A stretch of 44,880 nt of DNA from an uncultured bacterium (GCA_964604245.1 CAZRYJ010000003.1:1-44880), one strand, 5' to 3'; numbered from the stretch's first letter, positions 31,781 to 41,035 are shown. The notes: a model not told the origin generated them from the sequence alone. Numbers and translations: made by a program.

Positions 31781-33829
31781 TCAACGGACAACAACGAATT
31801 TCCCTTTATGTATTATTCTTCCTTCATCGACTATGAAATACATGTATAAACCAGAAGTCAGATCCAAATGATCTCTCTCAATCCAAAAAACTTCCTTTTC
31901 AGGAGGCACTTCATATTCTTCTTTTATATCACCAATTATATCATAAATAAATATATTTTTCCCTCCAAGATCTCTTGCCGAAAAATTCAACCTATTGTGC
32001 CTCTCATAATTAAATGGATTAGGATAAACATTAATTTTGCCGGAGTCGGGGTAATTAAAATCAAGATCGAATTCATACAAACCGGCATAAGTTCCCACAA
32101 ACAAATTATTATTATCAGTGAAATGAAGGGGAGAAATAACGTCCTCTAAAATAAATGCCGGTAAATTTTCCGATTCTAGTGGTAATGAACTTCCTTCAGG
32201 ATCAAAATAACTCAACCCTGATTCGCTATTATAGCACCAAATTCCTCCCTGAAAATCAACAGCAAGACCATCAACTCTATCCGAACTTAACCCCGAATTA
32301 CTCGCAGTGTATATCATATCAACACTTTCTCCTGTAATATAAGCAAGACCTGTTTCCAGACCCGCCCAAATATTACCTTCAATATCTGCACTCATTGAAA
32401 CTGTACTCGAGCCGAGATTTCCTATTACTTTTTCAATCGTTCTGTCATCATACAAAATATGGATACCCGCACCTCCCATAGATGGAGAATTTCCGCAATA
32501 AATACCTTCAGACCCTTCGGCAAAAACTCTTTTCCATATAATCTCGGGATCGCTGTATATGGTCCATTCAAGCGAATCTTCACTTACCCAATGCATTCTT
32601 AAAACCCAATTGTTGCTATTAAATCTATTCATTAAGCCAAGCCATAAATCATCATTACTATCCACAAGCATACCGGTGACAGTAGTCGCAGGAATCGGAA
32701 GGTCGATGGGACGAGGCATTGTATCATTCTGCGTGTCCCAACAGTACAAAATGGTATCAAGTTCCCAGTACCATAAACCGAAATATATTCTACCTTCAGA
32801 ATCGGACTCAATATTAAAAAGATACCCACCAGAAAGTCCCCAGGAATTTCCCCTGTTAAGAACTTCCCATCCGACACCATCAAATACAGAAATGCTTCTA
32901 CTGTACTTATGGCATACATAAATTTTCCCATCCGGAGTTTGAACCAAATCGGTAACTAAATTGGAAGCGAGCCCGGGAGTATAGATATAATCGGATGAAC
33001 CCACTAATCCAATTCCATTTCCTCTAACAACTAAAACTATTGGATCAAGAGGTGAAACTCTGGCAAATCCTCTCACGTCTCCCCCATGTATCCTCTGCCA
33101 AACACCCTCATATCTATAAAGACCTCTCCTGGTGCCTATGTAAATATCTTCGTCAATCTCCCCAATAGTCCATACAGTATCATCAGAAAAAATCGCTGTA
33201 TCGGCTGTAATTTCTTTACAACCCCAACTCCCCCCAGCCCATATTGAATTACCAGACACAAAAAGAGAATAAGTATCTCCGGAAGAATCAATCATAGTCG
33301 TATCTTCAAAATTAGAATCAGATTTAAAAACTCCTCTATTGGTCCCAAGTAAATAGCAGGTGTCAAGGGGTAGAATTTCAAAAACCTGAAAATCATAATC
33401 TCTACGTTCAACTCGACTCAGATTGTCAAAATTGTTTAAATTAAACCACTGAATGCCTCTTTGTCCACCAAGTATGACTTTGTTCTTGTTCAATCTAATA
33501 CAATATGGGTCAGTGTCCTGCGTAAATAAAATAGGATTAAAAGTCTGAAAGCTTATCAAAGTAAGATCCTCATTAAATATTGAAATACCACCTTTTGATA
33601 AAACAAAAACCGAATCTCCTTTTATAAAAAGGTCCTTCGTCTCGTTACTCGGAAGACCGGAAGTAGAATTTACCGAATTCCAGCTGCTATCCTGAGGGTT
33701 AAATGAAACCAATCCGCCGTCGTCAGTAGTCATATAAATATGATTTGAATACACACTATTATTAAATAAATCCATTCTCAAATAAAGGTCTCTTGCGTTG
33801 ACAGTTATGGAAAGTAAAAATAGAAACAA
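31781..33829 (-). CDS. secreted beta-propeller repeat protein with T9SS (Por) C-terminal sorting domain
   Basis: Signal peptide MFLFLLSITVNA. Repeated W/G-rich blades (IWAG, GGIWCY, LWLG, two-component-regulator-propeller-like). The last ~80 aa, NVYPNPFN....LNFS....IFIYDIIGD.......LTSGLYMYFIV....HKGKFVVVR, match the T9SS CTD pattern. Confidence 0.75.
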   Translation of the reverse strand: MFLFLLSITVNARDLYLRMDLFNNSVYSNHIYMTTDDGGLVSFNPQDSSWNSVNSTSGLPSNETKDLFIKGDSVFVLSKGGISIFNEDLTLISFQTFNPILFTQDTDPYCIRLNKNKVILGGQRGIQWFNLNNFDNLSRVERRDYDFQVFEILPLDTCYLLGTNRGVFKSDSNFEDTTMIDSSGDTYSLFVSGNSIWAGGSWGCKEITADTAIFSDDTVWTIGEIDEDIYIGTRRGLYRYEGVWQRIHGGDVRGFARVSPLDPIVLVVRGNGIGLVGSSDYIYTPGLASNLVTDLVQTPDGKIYVCHKYSRSISVFDGVGWEVLNRGNSWGLSGGYLFNIESDSEGRIYFGLWYWELDTILYCWDTQNDTMPRPIDLPIPATTVTGMLVDSNDDLWLGLMNRFNSNNWVLRMHWVSEDSLEWTIYSDPEIIWKRVFAEGSEGIYCGNSPSMGGAGIHILYDDRTIEKVIGNLGSSTVSMSADIEGNIWAGLETGLAYITGESVDMIYTASNSGLSSDRVDGLAVDFQGGIWCYNSESGLSYFDPEGSSLPLESENLPAFILEDVISPLHFTDNNNLFVGTYAGLYEFDLDFNYPDSGKINVYPNPFNYERHNRLNFSARDLGGKNIFIYDIIGDIKEEYEVPPEKEVFWIERDHLDLTSGLYMYFIVDEGRIIHKGKFVVVR

Positions 33830-33841
33830 AATCCCTCCTTA

Positions 33842-34579
33842 TTACGTATTATTTTTTTTAACTTTTTGCCATATCTCTTCAAGCTCCCGAACCGAAAAAT
33901 CAGTCATATCTCTATTTTTTAAGATTTTTTCAAGTTTATGGAACCGCATCTCGAATTTATTATTTGCTCTCTGTAGAGCGATTTCGGGATTGATATTCAG
34001 AAAATTGCCAAGATGGGCTACCGCAAAGAGTATATCACCTAATTCTTCTATTTTTTCTTCCTCATTTTTTGAATTCTTAAGTTCCTCAAGTTCTTCATCT
34101 ATTTTTTCGAATACTCCGCTGATTTCCTCCCAATCAAAACCCTTTCTCGAAGCCCTTTTTTGAATTTTAGACGAACGCAACAGCGCCGGCAAACCTCTCC
34201 CAATCTTCCATTTTTTACCCTTTCTTTCGTCCCAATTCTCCAATACTTCTTCTGCAGAATTTGCCACCTCCTCGCCAAAAACGTGAGGATGCCGCACAAT
34301 CATCTTTTTTGAGACTTTATCAAATACCTTATCAAAAGTTGTATTATTCTCTTCCAATATAACTCCCATCATAAAAACGGTAAGAATAACATCACCAAAT
34401 TCCTCAATGATATTTTCTAAATTATCTTCCGTTATCTCCGCATTAAGCTCATAAACTTCTTCTAAAAGCTCGGGAATGAGGCTTTTTAGAGTCTGCACTC
34501 TATCCCAGGGACATTTTTTTCTTAGAGTTCTTACCAGTTCCAAAAAGTCATTCATAAAAGGAAAGATAAGCGTAAACAA
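33842..34579 (-). CDS. mazG: nucleoside triphosphate pyrophosphohydrolase MazG
   Basis: LR.KCPWDRVQT..SL...LEEVYEL, plus a second EEL.E...GDILF MazG repeat. The ATG at 34555 (MNDFLELVRTLRKKCPWD) may be the true start, since the track start is a TTG. Confidence 0.9.
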   Translation of the reverse strand: MFTLIFPFMNDFLELVRTLRKKCPWDRVQTLKSLIPELLEEVYELNAEITEDNLENIIEEFGDVILTVFMMGVILEENNTTFDKVFDKVSKKMIVRHPHVFGEEVANSAEEVLENWDERKGKKWKIGRGLPALLRSSKIQKRASRKGFDWEEISGVFEKIDEELEELKNSKNEEEKIEELGDILFAVAHLGNFLNINPEIALQRANNKFEMRFHKLEKILKNRDMTDFSVRELEEIWQKVKKNNT

Positions 34580-34597
34580 CCATATGTCAACTTTAAA

Positions 34598-34646
34598 TTA
34601 ACCACAAGATTACACAGATTATCACAAGATTTTTGTTGTTGTTTTT
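34598..34646 (+). repeat. GATT-word element (TTTTGTTG-tail form)
   Basis: ttaaCCACaagattaCACagattatCACaagatttttgttgttgttttt. CAC occurs at 34603, 34613 and 34623, an exact 10-nt phase. Confidence 0.8.
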
Positions 34647-34650
34647 AACT

Positions 34651-34725
34651 AAGACCAAAACCAAAGACCTAAATGAGTGTTTTTTTACTAATTCACTAAT
34701 TAACCATTTCACTAATAAACTAAAA
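34651..34725 (+). repeat. locus-specific word pairs (AAGACC, CACTAAT)
   Basis: AAGACCaaaaccaAAGACCta ... ctaattCACTAATtaaccatttCACTAATaaactaaaa. Confidence 0.5.
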
Positions 34726-35439
34726 TTATGGCTCAATAATCCCAACTGTTATATTACGCTGTGTGTCTCCTTTTCTGTACGAATAAAAAACTTTTGAGGT
34801 ATAAGTTTTCTCAGGAAACGGAAAAATTTTACTAACGCCGTATTTTTTAATAATTTTGATATTAGCTTCTTCAATATCCAGAAAATAGCGATTTTTTTTG
34901 ATGTTTATACCACCTATGTAAAATTTATTGAAAAACTCAAATACTTCTTTTCCGACTTCGTAATTTTCAGGGTCAATACAGGGTCCAAGAGCAACTTCCC
35001 AGTTGCGAGGATTTAAATTATATAGTTGTTCCATTTTTAACAAGAACTTTTTAGCAATCATAAGCACAGTTCCTTTCCAACCCATATGGAGAAGTGCAAG
35101 TATTTCCTTCTCTGGATGGTAGAAAATCATAGGAAGACAATCCGCGGTTCTTATATATAAATTCAATCCTTTCTCATTCGTAAAGAGTCCATCTCCTACC
35201 AGTTTTATATCCGTTCTTGCCCTATGGATGATTGAAGAATGAATCTGGGTAAGATCAATAAATTCACCTTTAATTTCACGGAGCGGATTAAAAGATTTTG
35301 TTCCCTGAAATATTCTCACTTTTGAGTCAAAGGCGAATTCATACCATTCTTTTATATTTCTCTTTTTCTTCTGCCATATTTTAAATTTATTGTTTCTTTT
35401 ACCCATATTTGATTCTATATGTTTTTTTATCAAAATCAA
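34726..35439 (-). CDS. pgeF: peptidoglycan editing factor PgeF / YfiH-family (DUF152) protein
   Basis: RTADCLPMIFY and HMGWKG motifs, then CI....YEVG. The track start is a TTG, and the ATG at 35406 is an alternative. Confidence 0.85.
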   Translation of the reverse strand: MILIKKHIESNMGKRNNKFKIWQKKKRNIKEWYEFAFDSKVRIFQGTKSFNPLREIKGEFIDLTQIHSSIIHRARTDIKLVGDGLFTNEKGLNLYIRTADCLPMIFYHPEKEILALLHMGWKGTVLMIAKKFLLKMEQLYNLNPRNWEVALGPCIDPENYEVGKEVFEFFNKFYIGGINIKKNRYFLDIEEANIKIIKKYGVSKIFPFPEKTYTSKVFYSYRKGDTQRNITVGIIEP

Positions 35440-35483
35440 GTTTCATTTAAATGTAATTTTAGAGTTTTTTAAATATTTTCCCC

Positions 35484-35511
35484 TTGACTAAAATGATTTT
35501 TTTCGTATATT
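35484..35511 (+). promoter_or_regulatory. sigma70-type promoter for the first small OMP gene
   Basis: TTGACT at 35484..35489, a 16-nt spacer, then TATATT at 35506..35511. Confidence 0.6.
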
Positions 35512-35563
35512 TCTTTATAAAAGGCGGATGGTGCCTTAAAAAGAAACCTAAGGAGGGATGTAT

Positions 35564-36046
35564 ATGCGTAAAATTTTAGTCGTTTTAATGTTAGTGTGTG
35601 TGCTTGGTCTCTTTGCACAGATTCCGGCAGGCACAAAATCCGTAGCAGTTCTCGCCGGTGGAACCGGTGATCTCCTTGATAGTGTCGGGTTTTCCTATGG
35701 AATTGACGTAAATGCCGGTTATTTTATAATGGATGCCCTCGAAGTAGACGCTATTCTCGGTTTTAATGGTTCAACCGTAGAAGGTGTAGACGCAGTATTT
35801 GATTTGGGTATTGGTCTTCTTTACCATATGCCGCTTAGCCCGATGCTTGGTCTGTATGGCGGAGCTGCGTTCACATATACCAGTGCGGGAGATGGTGCAA
35901 TGGCTGTTCCAATCGATGTAGGTTTGGAACTCTTCTTGACTCAAAACAATGCCGTAAGAATAGCAAATAGATTTACATTAAATATGGAAGAAGGTGCGGA
36001 TAATACCGACAAAATTATGATCGGTACAGTTCACTACTTTCAGTAA
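35564..36046 (+). CDS. small outer-membrane beta-barrel protein (OmpA-TM/OmpW-like porin-family fold)
   Basis: Signal peptide MRKILVVLMLVCVLGLFAQ, then alternating Gly/aromatic amphipathic strands, ending HYFQ. I start at the ATG at 35564, 7 nt after AGGAGG. The track ATG at 35558 abuts the RBS. Confidence 0.6.
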   Translation: MRKILVVLMLVCVLGLFAQIPAGTKSVAVLAGGTGDLLDSVGFSYGIDVNAGYFIMDALEVDAILGFNGSTVEGVDAVFDLGIGLLYHMPLSPMLGLYGGAAFTYTSAGDGAMAVPIDVGLELFLTQNNAVRIANRFTLNMEEGADNTDKIMIGTVHYFQ

Positions 36047-36112
36047 GTAAGGACAGAAATTTACTTTCGGCACCATCTGTTCTTTATTACTCAAAGGTAG
36101 TTAATAAAAAAA

Positions 36113-36139
36113 CGGAATTTGAAAAAATTCCGTTTTTTT
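36113..36139 (+). terminator. intrinsic terminator
   Basis: cggaatt-tgaaaa-aattccg followed by TTTTTTT. Confidence 0.8.
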
Positions 36140-36181
36140 ATTTTATCTTTCTTTTATATAACAAATATGCACCAAAAACCC

Positions 36182-36209
36182 TTGACATTTATACTTAAAA
36201 GAGTATACT
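36182..36209 (+). promoter_or_regulatory. sigma70-type promoter for the second small OMP gene
   Basis: TTGACA at 36182..36187, a 16-nt spacer, then TATACT at 36204..36209. The RBS GGGAGG precedes the ATG at 36244. Confidence 0.6.
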
Positions 36210-36243
36210 ATATAAACAAAAACCTTACAAAAAGGGAGGTCAT

Positions 36244-36771
36244 ATGAAAAAATTTGCAGTTTGTTTAGTATTATTGTTAGCGAGCATGCCACTTTTAGCA
36301 ATAGGAACAGGTATCGGAATTGGTCTAACCGGTGGCATCGAGATGATGGTACCCGATTCAGGGGAAACCCAGAACTATACAGCGATTGGAGGCGTAGTCG
36401 ATTTTTCTCTTCCCGGCATGCCGATAGGTCTACGTGGCGGCGTCGAATACGCATGGAAGTCTTTTGAGGGAGATGTTAGTTCTAGTGCTATATTTATTCT
36501 TCTTGCCGGTCAGTATAATATCGTTCTTCCAGGCGCTCCTATGAGTTTTTACATCGGGGCAGGCGGAGAAATGGTTATGTCTAGTACCGACTTACCAGAC
36601 CCACTACCAGACCCTGACGGTGAAACTAACTTCGGTATCCTCGGTTATGTGGGAGCAAATTACAGTATGGGCGGCATGGGATTATTCGCGGAAGTTGGTT
36701 ACGGAATGATATTCTCCGATCCATCAGGCACCCATATACCAATCAGAGGCGGAATTAAGATTAGTCTATAA
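36244..36771 (+). CDS. small outer-membrane beta-barrel protein (second, divergent paralogue-like)
   Basis: Signal peptide MKKFAVCLVLLLASMPLLA, followed by Gly-rich amphipathic strands (GGVEYAW, FYIGAGGEMV, GLFAEVGYGMIF). Confidence 0.6.
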   Translation: MKKFAVCLVLLLASMPLLAIGTGIGIGLTGGIEMMVPDSGETQNYTAIGGVVDFSLPGMPIGLRGGVEYAWKSFEGDVSSSAIFILLAGQYNIVLPGAPMSFYIGAGGEMVMSSTDLPDPLPDPDGETNFGILGYVGANYSMGGMGLFAEVGYGMIFSDPSGTHIPIRGGIKISL

Positions 36772-36800
36772 ATTAAAGAAGTTTTAGTAAAAACAAAAAG

Positions 36801-36826
36801 GCGTATATTCAAATATACGCTTTTTT
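36801..36826 (+). terminator. intrinsic terminator
   Basis: gcgtatat-tcaa-atatacgc followed by TTTTTT. Confidence 0.8.
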
Positions 36827-36856
36827 GGTTTTCATAGCACAGAGAAATTATTTGGG

Positions 36857-36921
36857 CTATTCGTGCAATTCGTTGTTACTTCTTTTGTTGGTTCGTTGGC
36901 TCGTTAGGTCGTTGGGTGGTT
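36857..36921 (-). repeat. AACGA/CACGAA-word tract (near-tandem 9-10-mers)
   Basis: Reverse complement: aaCCACCCAACGAcCTAACGAgCCAACGAaCCAACAAaagaagtaaCAACGAAttgCACGAAtag. Confidence 0.7.
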
Positions 36922-36933
36922 AAAACAAAAGAT

Positions 36934-36967
36934 AAAATCCTGTAAATCCGTGTTAATCTTGTCAAAA
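36934..36967 (-). repeat. GATT-word module, reverse orientation
   Basis: Reverse complement: ttttgaCAAGATTaaCACGGATTtaCAGGATTtt. Confidence 0.7.
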
Positions 36968-36990
36968 TTTTTGGGTTGTGAAGGGTAAAA

Positions 36991-37014
36991 CGTGTCTCTG
37001 TGCCTCAGTGTGAG
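36991..37014 (-). repeat. CACAGAG-word module abutting the mrdA stop
   Basis: Reverse complement: ctCACACTGAGgCACAGAGaCACg. Confidence 0.65.
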
Positions 37015-37015
37015 A

Positions 37016-38758
37016 TTAATTTAGGGGTGTAGCGTGGTTCTGTTTTTCCGTTTTAGAAAGGTATCTTTTTATCAATTTCGTGGTAACCGGAGCCGCATGA
37101 GTACTGCCATGACCCGCGTTTTCGATTACCGTAAATATTACAATCTCAGGATCTTCAAATGGCGCAAATCCAACGAAAAGAGAATGATCCTCCCCGTGCG
37201 GATTTTGCGCTGTGCCGGTTTTGCCCGCAACCGTTATATCGTTTAACCGTGACCAGTATGCAGTACCCTTAAGTGTATTCACTACATTTTTCATGGCTTC
37301 TCTTACGAATTGCAAATTTTCGTCTGAAACCGGCAAATTTATTTTTTTAGGCCTGAGCTTCTTAATTGTATTTCCCTCGTTATCTGTTATTTTCTTTAGT
37401 ACATGAGGTTGGTAGGTCCAACCACCGTTTGCAACAGCTGCGAAAAAAGTAGCTCCTTGCAGAGGGGTAACAAGTATCTCTCCCTGACCAATTGCAAGAT
37501 TTGCCAGAACCCCCCTTCCCCAACCCCTCTTACCATACTTTTTGTCATACCATTCTTTTGAAGGTAGAAAACCAGATCTTTCCCCCGGCACATCAACTCC
37601 GCACTTTCTGCTAAAACCTAACTTGCTGGCGTTATCTACAAACAACTCAAGAGTCATCGACATGCCGACCTGGTAAAAATATATATCGCAGGATTGAATT
37701 ATAGCATCAATCAGTTTCAAAGACCTATGTCTCTTCCAACAACTAAAATAACGATTCCCAATCCAATACATACTGTCACACGGAGTGAATCTTGTTTCTT
37801 TTTTCACCAGTTTATTTTCCAATCCTATAATAGCAGTCCATATTTTCGCGATTGAACCCGGAGGATATTCCCCTGCTATTACCCTATCCCAGAGTGGCGC
37901 GCTCTCATTATTACGCAGCGAATCCCATTCAATGTTAGAGATTCCTGCCGCAAGCTTATTTGACTTATATCCGGGTTTTGAATAATAAAGAAGAATTTCT
38001 CCGTTTTTCGGATTCATAGCCACACATGCTCCGCTCTCAAACTCTAAAAAAAGAGAATCCGCGTAAAGGGTTAGAGGTTTAGATACTGTTAGATAAACAT
38101 TAAAACCTCTTCCCGGAGATTTACCGTAAGAATCATCAAATCTTCTTACCACCACACCCCTCGCATCAACTTCATAAATGGAAACGCCATTTTTGCCTCT
38201 AAGAAATGGTTCATATTCTAATTCGAGTCCTTTCTTTCCTACAATGTCTCCCATTATATAGTCACCGGCAAATTTTTCCAACTCCTCTCTGGTAATTTCT
38301 CCCGCGTAACCTAATAGATGCGAAAACATTTTATCCTTTTCATAAAAACGTACTGGTTCCGTAATCAATCTAACTGAAGGAAAGTTTTCCTGTTTTTCTA
38401 CTATTTTTGATGTAGTTTCAAAAGAAAGTCTTCTTATCCTGCAGGTTCTAAAATTTGGATTTATCCTTTTTCTTAACTCTTTTATATTAATTCCAAGTGG
38501 TTCACATAAACCTTTAACTTCAAGCGAATCAAGATAGTAAGGATATATAATTAATGAATAAGAAGGTCGAGATTCGGCCAAGACCTCCCCTTCCCTTGAT
38601 AAGATTTTTCCTCGCGGAGGAGTAATCATATCTCTTCGCATTCGATTTTTCTCAGACAGATTCCTGTAATAGTCTTTTTTTACTAATTGAAGTTGAAATA
38701 GTCTAAAAACTAAGGTTAATAGTATAAATAGAGTTAATATTCTCGGAGCTTTTCTCAT
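37016..38758 (-). CDS. mrdA: penicillin-binding protein 2 (elongasome transpeptidase)
   Basis: N-terminal TM helix, a PBP dimerisation domain, active-site SIAK (PGSIAKIW), KTGTA, and a position after mreBCD. Confidence 0.9.
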   Translation of the reverse strand: MRKAPRILTLFILLTLVFRLFQLQLVKKDYYRNLSEKNRMRRDMITPPRGKILSREGEVLAESRPSYSLIIYPYYLDSLEVKGLCEPLGINIKELRKRINPNFRTCRIRRLSFETTSKIVEKQENFPSVRLITEPVRFYEKDKMFSHLLGYAGEITREELEKFAGDYIMGDIVGKKGLELEYEPFLRGKNGVSIYEVDARGVVVRRFDDSYGKSPGRGFNVYLTVSKPLTLYADSLFLEFESGACVAMNPKNGEILLYYSKPGYKSNKLAAGISNIEWDSLRNNESAPLWDRVIAGEYPPGSIAKIWTAIIGLENKLVKKETRFTPCDSMYWIGNRYFSCWKRHRSLKLIDAIIQSCDIYFYQVGMSMTLELFVDNASKLGFSRKCGVDVPGERSGFLPSKEWYDKKYGKRGWGRGVLANLAIGQGEILVTPLQGATFFAAVANGGWTYQPHVLKKITDNEGNTIKKLRPKKINLPVSDENLQFVREAMKNVVNTLKGTAYWSRLNDITVAGKTGTAQNPHGEDHSLFVGFAPFEDPEIVIFTVIENAGHGSTHAAPVTTKLIKRYLSKTEKQNHATPLN

Positions 38759-39216
38759 TTGAATTTTTTTATGAAATATAAAATAACTAAACCAACTGCG
38801 CTGTTTAATACAGCTTCCGGTATCGATTGGGTAAAAACTATATAAAATATAGCGTCTATCTTATCGGCTTCAATTACAACCTGCAGGACACCAATAAGTA
38901 AAACAGTACAAAATAACAAAATAAGAGAATTATATCTAAATTTAAATATTTTATTTTCCACTACCTTTAAGCCAAGTACAACAGAAGTAAATATCAAAGG
39001 ATAAGTACCGGTAAAAACCGGAAAATATATTTCATATAGGAATCCAAGGAAAAAACCTGCAAAAAGTCCGTATAATGGATTCCAGTATAAAGTTACAAAA
39101 TAAAGTAAAATAATTATGGGTTTAAACGAAATATTTCCTATCAAGAAAATTTTGCCCGAATTTAGAGAAAGAAAAAGCGCAAAAGAAGATAACAGAAATA
39201 AAGTAAGGATTTTCAC
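38755..39216 (-). CDS. mreD: rod shape-determining protein MreD
   Basis: 153-aa polytopic membrane protein between mreC and mrdA, with 4-nt overlaps on both sides. Confidence 0.75.
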   Translation of the reverse strand: MKILTLFLLSSFALFLSLNSGKIFLIGNISFKPIIILLYFVTLYWNPLYGLFAGFFLGFLYEIYFPVFTGTYPLIFTSVVLGLKVVENKIFKFRYNSLILLFCTVLLIGVLQVVIEADKIDAIFYIVFTQSIPEAVLNSAVGLVILYFIKKFK

Positions 39217-39965
39217 TTTTTTATAATAAAGACCACGTCTATTTTGTTAAAGTTCTCAAAAGGGGTAACCTCCGTATCTAATGAATAATCATTTGGTTTT
39301 TTCCTGACATAAGTAACTATACCGACAGGCAATCCTTTTGGGAAAACAGAACCTTTTCCTGAAGTTACGAGAGTATCTCCTTCTTTTAAATCCGCATATT
39401 CCGGTATTCCTTCAATAAAAAACTTTTTGTTCCACTTAAGAATTCCCTGCGCTTCACTTCTCGTATCCTTTATTGAAATTGCAGAATTATAATTTTTTAA
39501 TGTTTGAACAATAGAAGTATTTTTACCTACTTTCAGGACTTTACCAACAACGCCTTTAAAACTTATAACAACAGCGTTTCTTTCTATTCCGTCAGAAGTA
39601 CCTTTCGCAATCTGGTATGAAAGATTAATTTCTTCGGGCGTTCTTCTTTCAACCTCAACGGGTATTATAACATTCGGATAGTTAAATCTAAATTCTAATA
39701 TTTTCTTTAATTCCTGATTTTCTTTCTTTAATTCATCAAATACTTGTCTTTCATATGAAAGTGTAGCGATTTTATTAAGCAATCTTGAATTTTCTTCTTT
39801 CAAACCGTCACCGGGCAATAACCTGGAAAAGAAGTTACGAAAATTTAGTGAAAGAAAATCGTAGGATTTATCCCGCAGTTCGATATCACTAAATCCGTCT
39901 ATCACTATGAATAATAATGATATACAAAAAAGTAAAAGATAAACCCGCAGGATCTTTTTTTCCAC
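39213..39965 (-). CDS. mreC: rod shape-determining protein MreC
   Basis: N-terminal TM helix, a coiled coil (LKKENQELKKIL), and beta domains with GDTLVTSG..SVFPKGLPVG. Confidence 0.85.
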   Translation of the reverse strand: MEKKILRVYLLLFCISLLFIVIDGFSDIELRDKSYDFLSLNFRNFFSRLLPGDGLKEENSRLLNKIATLSYERQVFDELKKENQELKKILEFRFNYPNVIIPVEVERRTPEEINLSYQIAKGTSDGIERNAVVISFKGVVGKVLKVGKNTSIVQTLKNYNSAISIKDTRSEAQGILKWNKKFFIEGIPEYADLKEGDTLVTSGKGSVFPKGLPVGIVTYVRKKPNDYSLDTEVTPFENFNKIDVVFIIKK

Positions 39966-41005
39966 TATATAGATTCCATCAATAGATTTCTGTTTTCTTC
40001 GATATTATTAAGAATTATACCGGCACCCATAACAACAGATCTAAGAGGATCTTCTGCAATTTCGACTTTTAAATCCGTTTCCTCCTGTATCATTTTATCA
40101 ATATCTCTTATCAGGGCGCCACCACCGGTAAGAAATACACCTTTCTCCACTATATCAGACGCTAACTCGGGAGGCGTTTCGGACAAAGCCTTTTTGATTG
40201 CATTTTTCATAAGACCAAGCGCCTCTTTCATCGCTTCATAAACTTCGTTTGTCTTTATTTTAATAGATTTTGGAAGACCATCAACAAGATCACGCCCGCT
40301 TATCTCCATCTCCCTATCTTCTGCAGATGTTACAGCAGCACCTATTTCTTTCTTTACTTTTTCGGCAAAAGCTTTTCCTATGGCCATATTGTATTCATCA
40401 TATAAGTAAGTTTGGATTGAATCATTCAGTTCACTACCAGCTATTTTAATTGAAACCTGATTTACAATTCCAGATAAAGCAATTACTGCGATCTCTGTGG
40501 TTCCTCCGCCAATATCAATAACCATATGCCCTGTAGGCTCTTTTACAGGGAGGTGCATTCCCATAGCCCCGGCTATGGGCTCGGAAACCAGCAAAACTTC
40601 CCTTGCTCCTGCTTCCTGAACAGTATTCATCACAGCTTTTTTCTCAACAGGAGTTATTCCTGAGGGAACGGCAACCAGGACCCTTGGTCTGATGAACAAT
40701 TTTTTCTTTTGTACTTTTTCAATAAAAAACCTCAGCATACTTTCAACAACCTTGAAATCAGCTATAACACCATCTTCAAGGGGTTCAGAGATGATAATGT
40801 CTTCAGGCGTACGACCAAGCATAGGGATAACTTCTTTTCCTGCTGTAATCAATTCTTTTGTACCCTTCTTCAGGGCAACCATAGAGTTTTCGTCAAGAAC
40901 AACACCATCTGTCTTTGTGTAAATTAATGTGTTAGATGTACCAAGGTCAATAGCCATGTTTGAGCCTTCAAGCGAAAACCATTTAAATAAACGATTCAAT
41001 TTCAT
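39965..41005 (-). CDS. mreB: rod shape-determining protein MreB
   Basis: Actin-fold motifs MAIDLGTSNT, DIGGGTTE and LTGGGALIRDIDK. Confidence 0.95.
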   Translation of the reverse strand: MKLNRLFKWFSLEGSNMAIDLGTSNTLIYTKTDGVVLDENSMVALKKGTKELITAGKEVIPMLGRTPEDIIISEPLEDGVIADFKVVESMLRFFIEKVQKKKLFIRPRVLVAVPSGITPVEKKAVMNTVQEAGAREVLLVSEPIAGAMGMHLPVKEPTGHMVIDIGGGTTEIAVIALSGIVNQVSIKIAGSELNDSIQTYLYDEYNMAIGKAFAEKVKKEIGAAVTSAEDREMEISGRDLVDGLPKSIKIKTNEVYEAMKEALGLMKNAIKKALSETPPELASDIVEKGVFLTGGGALIRDIDKMIQEETDLKVEIAEDPLRSVVMGAGIILNNIEENRNLLMESI

Positions 41006-41035
41006 CTGTCCTCCTTTCTCCGCTATCTTTCTTAA

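Noticed and set aside
34585-34590. TTGACA (minus strand) just upstream of mazG as a promoter.
   Set aside because: The best -10 box at proper spacing is ATCTTT, which is poor. mazG may instead be co-transcribed with pgeF, so this is left uncalled.
3629-37015. Idea that the C/A-rich word tracts are Rho-utilisation (rut) sites downstream of genes.
   Set aside because: The orientation fits in the convergent gaps 3629-3900 and 29314-29575 and after mrdA (36772-37015). In 5272-5468, 15464-15818, 21961-22170 and 34580-34725, however, the C-rich strand is antisense to both flanking genes. This cannot be the general explanation. It is kept only as a partial possibility.
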